DNA of 64,000 nucleotides. Source: Geosiphon pyriformis uo1. Lineage: Eukaryota; Fungi; Glomeromycota. Each line of letters opens with the position of its first letter. Positions within the stretch are counted from its first letter, which is position 1. The DNA is taken from NCBI GenBank assembly GCA_016748015.1, contig JAAOMT010000088.1:279663-343662 (forward strand), written 5' to 3'. Made by a program: the position numbers and the translations under genes. This document shows, piece by piece, positions 13,460-24,485 of the stretch. Under the pieces are notes generated by a model. The model did no database searches. It saw nothing but the letters and a program-made list of their open reading frames with translations, and was not told where the DNA came from.

Positions 13460-14140
13460 ACTCTTGGCTCTCAGATAACCAAGTTTACCTGTTAATAGTT
13501 AATCGGATCTTTGTGTTTGTTAATTTTCAGAGAAATTAGGATTCCAAGAATACCCATTTAATTATTTCCTTATCCAAATACCAACAATTTTTGATGCAGA
13601 AAAACCTGAAATAAAGACCATTAATAATATCTTTGAATTTCAAATCATCTCAATATTTTGGCTGAGTTGGTATATTGTATGAATCTCGCCATTAAATCTT
13701 CAAATATTTTTGAAGAGCTTTTATAAATGAAAGTTGTGATTTACTTAACTCGGAAGTTTTAAAAAGAATATTTAATAATATAAAATATTTAGTGACTGGT
13801 CACTTGAAGAAGGCGCGTTTAATATATATGGGGTTATTAAAGCAATGAGAAAAAATATAAGATAAATTTGATAAAATAATCAATTAAAAAATATTAAATA
13901 AATTTTGTAAAAATAAATAATAATATATAACTATTGTATTCAAATAATATAGTTAAAACAACTTTACTTTTTGATTTAACAAAAGTTATTTCAAAAAATT
14001 ATTTTAAAAATGTTTTATGTTATTAAAAAAAGAATTTAAAATTTAACTAATAATTGTAATATAATTTATATAATTAAAAAAATAATTATCAATTAAGTTA
14101 AAAATCAAATTAATGTAATATAAAATAATCAAATATAACA

Positions 14141-14317
14141 ATATAAAATAAAAGGGGCTATTTTGGCGAATGGCGAATAGGGTATTGTGGCAAGCAAAAT
14201 AAATTCGCTTGCGAAAATAAGATGCGTGAAAGTGTGCCATTTTATTACTTGAACAGATGGCATTTTTTATACTTCCACAATACCTCATTCGTTAAAATAT
14301 CCCTTTTTATTTTATAT
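14141..14317. mobile_element. MITE-like foldback element with long imperfect terminal inverted repeats
   Basis: Left arm ATATAAAATAAAAGGGGCTATTTTGGCGAA(TGGCGAA)TAGGGTATTGTGG matches the reverse complement of the right arm, ATATAAAATAAAAAGGGATATTTTAACGAATGAGGTATTGTGG. It is a GC/CpG-retaining island in an AT desert. No unambiguous TSD. Confidence 0.65.
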
Positions 14318-17300
14318 AAATAATACTAATATAAAATATTAACAAAAATTATTATTATTTGTTATTTGTTATTTTTTATATTTCAAAGTTACTTAAATCA
14401 ATAATATAATAAGATTTTTAGAAAAATCTTTTTGAATGATAACAAATTTATTAAATAATTAAAAATAAATAAAATCTATGTCAATATTTACATTTCAAAT
14501 TATTAAACTATATAATATAATTATATTATATTAAATTTCTAATTTTAATTTTAAAAAAATTAACAGTTTAAAAATATAAATCAAATTTTAATATTTTATT
14601 AAAAATTGTATTAAATTTTTAATCTCAAAATATATTTGACATAAATGTTTAAAATTGTCTAAAGTTTAATTAATTAATTGATTAAAGTTAATTATTTATA
14701 ATTTTTTTTATTGTTTAATAAAGTATAATTTTAACTGCTATCTATGTACATAAAAATTTAAATATCTTATAATAAATACAGTTTATATATATAATTAGTT
14801 ATTTAAGCTAATCAAAACAATACTATATTTAAAAATTTTGCAATCAATTTACAATATTTATATTTTTTGTTAAATATCTTATAAAACTTTAACTTATTAT
14901 ACTTATTAGTTTTTAATTTAGAATTTTTAATTTCTTTAACAAGCTAAACCAAATATATATTTTTGATTCTATTTATAAAACAGATTCATATTATTAATTT
15001 TTAAGTTTATACTAATTAAGTAACATATAAAAAAAATAAAGTTTTTAAGAGATAAGACAATAAATTTTTTATTTTTTATTATTAAAAATTTCTTTTATAA
15101 AGAACTAATTTATAATTATTTGATTTTTGTATATATATGTATATTAAACATAAATTACTATTATTTATTCTATAAAATTTCTTTCTAAGATTCAAATAAT
15201 CAGAATTAATTAAAATTAGATTATTTTTTTTAATTTTTATATAAAAATTATCTTGGTTAAACAATTTTCAAAATTATTCTTAAAAAGCAAAAAAACCAAT
15301 ATTTTGTTTTATAAATCTTAAAAACCAAGTTTTTTATAGTTTTTTGTCTAAATAATATAAAGCTATATTTTAAATTTTCATATTTTCTATAATTACTTGG
15401 TCATTCAATAAATTTTACTAATAATTACATCTAATAATACATAAAACAAAACACATTTATTAAAATAAGTATTAATAAAATTACAAAACAAACTATTTTA
15501 TAAATCTAAAATTTGTAAGAAAATTTGAAAAATAAAATTAATTAATAAAAATTTTAATTCTGAATTAATAAAAAATCTTTATAAAATTAAAATATTTTTT
15601 ATATTTTAGTTAATATTTATTAATTAATTAGTAATTTTTTTTGTAATATAGTTAATAATTTGTAAATATTTACAAAATAAAAATTTTGTTTTTATAAATA
15701 ATTTTATAAATATTCAATAAATTAATTATGTTAACTATTTAAAAAGTAAATTAAAATAGTTTTAAATTATTTAAGTTTTAATATTTTTAAATAATATAAA
15801 TTAAAATATTATTTTATTAAAAAAATAATGTTAATAATTAAATTTATATTAAATTTTATAACAATAAATAGTTTTTAATAATTTAATATATCTAAATTAA
15901 TTTAAATTTTTTTATTAAAACTAAAGAATTTAATTCAGTTTTACAAAACTATTTTTATGGTTTTAATTTTTTTTTATATTTTATAATAAGTACTAAAAAT
16001 TTTTATTAAATTTTGTTTTAATTTTTTTTATACTTTAAAGTTTATTGAAAAAAAATTTAAATTTATTATTTAAATAGTTTTTTTATTTATTTATCTAATA
16101 AACAGAATTTAATTACTATTTAATATAATATAATTGTTTAGAATTTTAAATTAAAAGTAATTTATACATTTGTTATATTAATTAATTACTTAGCTAATTA
16201 AGACACTACTATAAAACTATATTGACAAAAACATCTTTAATTATATTAACAAAAAACAAATAACTTAATTTTAATTTAAAACAAACAATTTAATCTTTAA
16301 TTATTTTTAACAAATAAGCAATCCTATAAAATATTATAACTAAAAGAGTTATTACATAAAAAATATCTATATTTTTATTATTTAGCAAGTTTTTATGTTT
16401 TAATTCTGTTTGTAGCTTTAAACTTAATAGTTAAACACAATTTTTGTAACCAATAATACAGCTATACACAAAATCAACTAAAGCAAATATTGTATTTTTG
16501 GTATTATTAAAAATTATATTGGCTTTTAAAATTTAATTATTAAAAATAAAATTTTTACATATTAATAAATATAAACTAATATTTATATAACAAAAAATTA
16601 AAAACTAAAGCACAATTCTAAATAAACTATAATATCTAAAAAACAAATAAAGACATAATTTAAAAACTCTATTTTTTATAATATATATATAATATACTTA
16701 GATATTTATTATTATATAGTTATTTATAAACAACAATTAATATTTTTTTATAAAAAACTTTTATTATATATATATACAAATTAATAATATGTTTAGTCAT
16801 AGAACCAATTAACATATAAAAATTAGAATATTAAACTTAAACAGTAAATAAAAAAAATGAATAATTTTAGATCTTAATCCAGTTTTCTAAAAAAAATGTC
16901 TTATAGTATTGTTTACTGATTTAATAAAACCATATATATTATTTAATATTACTTTGTTTTTTATCTTGAAATTTTTATATTATTAATTAAAAAAAAAAAG
17001 TGGTTTAATCTGTTAATATATTAGTTTGTTTATTGTTTAATATATTAACATAAATTTTAACTTTTGTTTAACAAACACAAATGTTTTTAGATTAGATCAA
17101 AAACTTAACATAAAATTACTTAATCTAACAGCAATTATGAAAGTCAAGATTTAAAAACAATAATTTAACATAATAAAAATTCAAAGATACTTAGTTGTCA
17201 AAAAAAAATATAACATTAAAAGATACTAAAATATACTTAAAAACCAAAACAATGTTTGTATTTCTACCAAAATTAAAAACAGCAATTCATATATTTTTAT

Positions 17301-18601
17301 ACTAATACCCAAATTTACTCCAAAAAAATAAACAACAATATTATTAACAACATTAAAAAAACCAAAATTCTGAACAAAACCATAAATAAAAATTAAAAAT
17401 CCAATACAAAAGTATTTTATTAATTTGAGTAACAAAGTTTAATACATTTATGTTTAATATATTTGTTTTAAGATACAAACCAAAAAAAATAAAAAAGTTA
17501 TTAATTAAACTTCTATTCAAAATAAATTCTGTTATGTAAGTAAATTATGATAGCATTAAACTTTTAGGATTTAAATGCTTTTAATAATAAAAGTTTTTTT
17601 AATTGAAATATTGTTCATAATAGTTAATTAACTGATTAGCAAAAATAATGCCAAAATATTTGAAAAACTTTACTATTTATTAGAATTCAATATATTTATA
17701 ACTAATATACTACATCTAAAACAAAAAATATTGAGAATACTAATGGCCAAAAAGATCTTAGTATTTACAAACACTCTTAAAATACCAGCCAAAATATTGT
17801 TTATAAGGTTTATTTTAAGTCTAACTGAGAACTACAAAGAATTTTAAAGAACTTAATAACTTTTTTAATATTAAATTGTTTATTAAAAATGTTTAATATA
17901 TTTAAAGATTTGCAAATGTTTTTATTAAATATTATTGATTTATTGTAATAAAAAAAAATATTTTAAATGCTCAAAATTCATTAATTTTTCATTAATTTTA
18001 GATATTTAAAAATACATAAATTATAATTAATAAAAATTTTTTTATTGATCTCAAATTACAAAATAAATATGGTTAAGTGTTTTTATTTTGATTAATAATT
18101 ATTATTTTTAGTATATTTTTTACTATTTATAAATAATTAATGTATGTCTAAATAAAAAAATGTAAAGTGTTCCATAACTTTTCTGTTTAATGTATAGTTT
18201 TGGTTTTTTTTTAATAAATGTGTTTATGAATTTTTTCTTATGCCTATCGTTTAACTTCACAACGATTCAATGCCATAAATATATGAACTTTATTAACCCA
18301 ATATCAGTAAAGTCAGCGCAGAAAAAAGGAATCGATCACATAAATCTTGCCATTACTCCATGTTATCCTGAGAATAAAAGAAGCGGATTCTAAGTACTCG
18401 CTACTTTGCTAACTCCGATGAATAAAAATGGACTCAACCTCATTGAGAGGATTACAGGTTAGTAATAAGGCACTTGGCATCTTTTAACTTATTTAACTTT
18501 TGCATTAATTCCATTTCCCGATCCAAGTAAAAAGCACAAAACTACAGGCGATGATAATTAAATTATTAAAAATAAAAAGATGCACCACATCTCAAAAATA
18601 G

Positions 18602-21600
18602 TTATCGCTTTCTTTTATGCTGCTGTCGACTCCTACTACGCCCCCTGGGCGATTCTGAGAGCGAAGAACGTTCTTTGGTACTTTTTGAGACTCCTCGAGT
18701 TTTTCCTTGCTTTGAGACAGGGGACATGGCTCGATAGCTTGACCTAGATTCAGAAGAACTGGATCGAAACAATTCGTTAATATATATTATCACAATTAGA
18801 GGCAAATAATATTCTTTAATAATATTTAGATGTCAAATTACCTTGAATAGTAGCTTCCCCTGGGACTATGTGATCTACTTCGAGAAGGAGAGCGTGATGA
18901 CAAAGAAAGCGAAGACGAAGACACAAACCGTTTCTTACTCTGATAAGAATGATGTCGACCTGATGAGCTCGATCTACACAGAGGAAAATTTAATGTAATA
19001 AATATTAAGAATATAATTATATCAAAAACAAGGGACTTTGTTGAAATGCGAACCGCGAACGTCGTAGGCGACGGCTTTCCTTAACTGAGCGATATGACCT
19101 TTGTCGGGACGACGAACGAGAACGACTTAGATTAAGTTGACGCTTTTTTGTTGACGAGTTATGTGATCTTTGTCGCGATATTGAGCGAGAAAGGCTTCGA
19201 TTACGTCGATTATTCCTTGCTAGGGAGCGATATGATCTCTGTCGAGATATTGAGTGAGATCGGCTTCTATTAGGTTTCCTCTTTCCTGGTGGGCGATGTG
19301 ATCTCTTACGCGATAATGAACGAGAATGACTTCTATTACGCTGTCTCTTTTCAGGTGGTTGACGATATGATCTCTGCCGTGATGTTGAGCGGGAGAGGTT
19401 GCGATTACGTTGAGTCTTCCTTGGCGATGAAGAGCGGCTGTTCACAGGGTGTTTTGCCTTCGCTTTTCTCATTGAAGTCTCATCCAATGAAGGCGAATGA
19501 TGACGTCTGTTAAAATAAAAATCAGAATTCTAAATTATTAAGATTTATTATCCAGATTTTTAACATAAAAGTACCGTGGGGAAAAAACATTTCTGGTAAG
19601 AGAACGTCCTCTAAGACGGGATGGTGAGGGCGACCTTGAAGATGAATATCGTTTTCGAGATCGCTTTGATCTTGATCGAGAATGAGATCTGGAATAAGAC
19701 CTAGATCTCTCGCGCTCTTTTTCGTGAGATTGAGATTGCAAATGCGATACTGATAGGGTCCTTTTACCATGAAGAATATTTTTAATAACTGGCAATGTTC
19801 CCGTGATGATTACCAATAATCTTTGGAGAAAAAAAATTAATCATTTTAACCTTGATAAATCCAGCGTTGTGGGTTGAGGCGTCTTCAAAGATATGCCCTC
19901 TTGAGTCAAACGTTCTAGTTCCATTTGTTGTTCCTTTTGAATTTTCTTTTTTTCATCAACTTGTACTAAACGGATCAAATATCAACCTCGTAAACTAATT
20001 TGTGGGAATTTAATGATAAATATTTAATGAAGTAACTTGTAAATATATTCTCACTTTGTTTATTTAGTCCCATTTGTGTTTTCAGACGCAATTTTTCGGC
20101 TGGTGTCAGCTTTCGTGGATGTAATTGCTTCACAGATACACCTGTATTAGGTAAAGAAGTACTGGATGTTGCCAAAGACGAGGGTTCAGTTTTCCTTGAA
20201 TAGATATTTTTGATGGATTGGAAATGAAGAAGTAAGCGTTATATCGAACAGCACTCCACTTATCCAGATACCGTGAAATAAATATCACGATCATATTATG
20301 CATCTGCAAAAGTTCTTCCCAGAGTAAGATAAGCTAGGGCTAAGGGCCAAAATATGAAAGTTGTGTATGTTTTTGGCTTCCTGTCGGTTATTCTTTGACC
20401 ATTGGATCCCAAAGTGTTTGAGAGGGTTTGGAAAAAGAAACTGCACCAACCGTGTACGTGGTGACAATTCGGTCTTGAATTTTTGATTCGATATCTGAAT
20501 AAAGGCTGAACCTATTGGTTGATCATTTTCTCCATCCACACTGGGCTCATGAAGAGGTGGGTCTTCTGGATCACCAAACTGGATGACAAATCCGTCATTT
20601 TGCCCCGAACTATCGTCATTATTGTTTTTATTGCCTTCAGAAGATTCAGTTAAAGAATCGCTGAAATTTGAAAATGGAAGCTTGGTTAAAATTCTCTTGA
20701 CATGAAATTTTCCATGAAATCTTAAATATTAATGCTTACGAGTCTGTATAAGGTTCGTAGGTGGGAGATTCACGAGCCGAGTGGGATCTGAAGAGTTATG
20801 TTATTTTTTGATACGCATTTATCAAATTCACAGGTAAAATTACCTTTTAGCGAAAGATCTTCGATCTCTTCGTCTTTCTTTTCGCGACCCATGGGAATGA
20901 CGAGACTTTCGTTCTTTTATCTAATTATTTTGAGTGGCTTACTAAAACGATTACAAACCTGAGATGATAAAATTCTCAATGCATAAATTACTTTTTCTGT
21001 TTCTTTGAGTTCATTGGCCTTTTCTTGCCTGTCTCGCTTAGCAACCCGTAAAAGTCTCGTATAGTCGGGAATATTGTATTGTCGACCCATATCATTTAAT
21101 ATATGTCGATCTTTATCTGTCAGACTTTCCACATAATCAAGAATGTCCTCCTGTAATAGATTTTGTCAAGGCAGTAATTCTCGAAAAATAAATCAAGTTT
21201 AAAAGAGGCTTTTGAAGGATATCATCAAGAATGTTGGTTTCTTCTTCGTCACTCGGTAAAACTTCACTTTTTTCTGTTCCATAATCGAACCCATAATTCA
21301 CTTTGAATTTATTTTCTGGTTTTCTATGTATAAAAATTAAATCGAATAAATATCGTGCTCTTTGTTCTAGGAAAGATGATTGTAAATACATACTGCTCTT
21401 GCAATTTCTTGAGTAATGCTTTATGCCTGTCCAAAAGACTTGTCCATTCTGCTTCGATTTCCTCAAGGCAATCTTCCTCAGTAACTGATAATCAAAGTTA
21501 GAGAAGATGTAATATGAATGAATAATAACGAAAACATAAATAATAATACTGAAACTTACCATTCCGCCTTTCATTCTCCACCAAATCACGAAATCTCTCA

Positions 21601-22279
21601 AAATTCAATTCTTCTTGAATATCCCGTTCATCTGAAGGAATCTCTTGAGCCATAGCAGTAGAGTGAGTTGGAATAAAATCTAAAAGAGCACGACCGTCAA
21701 ACCTGAGAATCAAAGGAATTTTGGTTAATGAAATTTCACAACCTAATATTATCTGATCAAGCAATAAGATATACCGATCAATTTTCGTCTCGCTATCCCC
21801 TTGCCAAGTCATTCTATCAAGCAAATAGACATATTTCATATTATGGAGCAATGTGTTTTGTATAATAAGTATACAACATCGTAAAAATAATGATTTAAAG
21901 TGTTCGGTAGATTAACCAATGAAAACTTCAGCCTACAGGGACTTTTCTGGGTTTTCATGATAAAAGTGCTGTTCGGCATCAGGGTGAAGCTTCCTTGCAG
22001 TACCTGTTAGTCGGAGAAGCTGACTTGGATCACCAAGCTGGTAAATGTGATTTGTAAATGTTAAATGGTGTTAGGTTAAGGGACATAATTGGTGCTGGAT
22101 AAATTGAACTTACACGCGAATCGTAATATGCTCTACGCCTCTCGGCTCGCTTCTTATGATCGACCATCATTTCTTTTATCTGTTCAAGTTGAATACTATG
22201 TGGAAAGAGTGGGTTTTTACAAATTTTGAAACTTGCATTGTCAAACCTTCTTCTCCTGTTGCCTTGCAGCGTGCCACAT
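18602..22279 (-). CDS. CLASRP: CLK4-associating serine/arginine-rich splicing factor-like (DRY_EERY domain + RS tail)
   Basis: ATG 22279 MWHAARQQEKK|IKEMMVDHKKRAERRRAYYDSR|LGDPSQLLRLTG ... MTWQGDSETKIDR|FDGRALLDFIP ... EELNFERFRDLVENE ... KLTPAEKLRLKTQMGLNKQ, then long RS-repeat exons. TAA at 18604-18602. Confidence 0.9.
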
Positions 22280-22662
22280 TTTAGTGCGAACAAAGTAAAA
22301 ACAGAGATGTGTAAGTTCAATATGAATAGACACTATTATTAAGAATTGTATGAAATGTTCAAAGTTAAAAGAATTATTTGACAGATTCTATGAAAAAAGG
22401 ACAAGTCCATTGATTGGTTGATACTAGTTTGGAACAGTGGTAGTCACGTGTAGACATCAACATGAAATTGTAAATAGATTTTCGTAATATGGATTTTTTA
22501 AGACTAACAGTGTTTTTAAAATTAATACGGTCATCTGTACATACTGCAGGAATTTGCTTCAGTATATGCGGTTTTGCCAAGAAGTGAACGAATTAGAACT
22601 TGTGCTGATTATAGTTCGCAACATTTTTAAAGGTATTTAAGACACCAGAACTTTAATTCGTC

Positions 22663-22696
22663 ATCATGATATCATGGTATCATGGTATCATGGTAT
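22663..22696. repeat. 8-bp tandem repeat (ATCATGRT x4) in the CLASRP/CHO1 divergent intergenic region
   Basis: ATCATGAT ATCATGGT ATCATGGT ATCATGGT AT. Confidence 0.85.
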
Positions 22697-22802
22697 GAAA
22701 TCAAAATAATGATGATCAGTTGATCTGCTAATGCTTTTAATTATAAATATTGCAGGCGATCCAACATATTAAAAAAAATTTCCTCTAACATCAAAAAAAA
22801 TC

Positions 22803-23683
22803 ATGGGCCGAGCTAAATCAGAAAGGCCAACCAGCGGTGATTCTGAGCTGAAAAAGTATCAAGAGCACAAACATTTCTCTCTTGTTAGGTGAGTCAAAAT
22901 GGGAGACTGAACAACTTTTTATAAAGGTCATATTCGATCTTAATCAGCTAAAAAAAGACCAAAATGAACTCGAAAAGATCAATTCATCCTTGTCTCTTTC
23001 CTAGAAATTTTCATTTGGCAGATTTTATAACATTGGGAAATGGTGCTTGTGGCTCGCTCTCTCTACTTTCTACCATGCAATATCTGGTAACTAAGGATGA
23101 AGCCTGGCTATATTGGGCAATCTATTTAATTCCGATCGGGTTGATTTTTGATTTTCTGGATGGTAAAGTTGCTAGATGGAAAAATCATGCTAGTTTATTG
23201 GGACAAGAATTGGACTCCTTGGCAGATTTGGTTAGTAACCTATCCAAATTCGGGAAAAGGAATTTGCTATCAGATGGGTAATTAACATCCGTCTAAAATA
23301 TTTTACATTTCAAGATTTCTTTCGGTGTCGCTCCAGCAGCATGTGCATTCGCTATTGGAATGAGAAGTTCAATCGATATAATTGTACTGGCAATTTTTAT
23401 CGTGTGTGGGATTTCCCGTTTGGCCAGATATAACGCGACGGTTGTATCAATCCCAAAAGATTCCTCAGGAAAAATTCGTTATTTTGAAGGGACCCCAATC
23501 CCAACTAATTTGATACTCGTGTTTATAGTTGGATGCTTGCTCAAAACCGGAAAAACGGGGGAAAACCTTCCTTGGGGTCTAATTGAATTGCCTTTAATTG
23601 GGCCTTTTCATCCATTAGTTTTGATATACGCAGTTTCAGGGACTGCCATGGTTAGTAAAACACTAAAAATTCCCAAGTTTTAG
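22803..23683 (+). CDS. CHO1: CDP-diacylglycerol--serine O-phosphatidyltransferase (phosphatidylserine synthase), 3 exons
   Basis: Exons 22803-22888, 23005-23230, 23315-23683. HFSLVRNFHLADFITLGNGACG; CDP-alcohol phosphotransferase motif [43 protein letters not shown]...YFEGTPIP; C-terminal MVSKTLKIPKF. Confidence 0.95.
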
Positions 23684-24485
23684 CTCGTTGGAAAGGAGAA
23701 ATTTTAGAATATTTGTTTTGCAACAAAGTAAACATTGGATCACACATTACCAGTAATGAATATAATATTTTATTTTCATGAGCATTTTTGTTTTTTGCTT
23801 TGTTAGAAACTTTTTTACAGTTATTAAAAATATTTTCTCTGTTTATTAGAAATTTTGCTTTTTTTAAATATTAATAAATATGGTTTTTTTAAATTATAAT
23901 ATTAATGTAAAATAACTTGTAAATTTAATTAATTTTATATATATTGCAAACTTTGTTTAATAAATTAATTTAAATAAAAACAATTGTTATTTATTATTAC
24001 TTTGAACAATTTTTAATTAAATATAATAATTAAAATATTTTAAAACCATTTAATTTATTTACAATTCAATTTAATATTACAGTTTGTAAAAGTTTAAGTG
24101 TTTAAATTATTTTTTAGTCAATTGACTTTAAAGTTAATTTTTATAAAATAATAATTAAATGATTAATGTAATTTATGAAATATTAATTAATGCTAAGTTA
24201 ATAATAATAATTTCTGAATAAATACCAATAAAAGCTGTAATCAATAAAGTATAATTGTAATTTACCAAAACTACTAAATTTAAAAGTTAAACAAATTGTT
24301 TTGAATGAATTTTTACTTAAAATTCTGAACAAAAAGTTCATCACTATCTAGAATATTACATTTTCCAAATATCTTGGATAAATATAAAGTGTTATTAGCT
24401 TTCACAAGAGGATATTTTCACCTCGTGGTTTAGGAAGATCGACAACTAAATATCCCGAAGTATCTGCGAATATTTCTGAAATTTG

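Noticed and set aside
14320-18200. AT desert as organellar insertion, endobacterial (Mollicutes-like) DNA or alternative genetic code
   Set aside because: No rRNA/tRNA or respiratory genes and no long frames even allowing TGA. Similar tracts elsewhere resolve into mutated TEs. Origin of this tract is unresolved.
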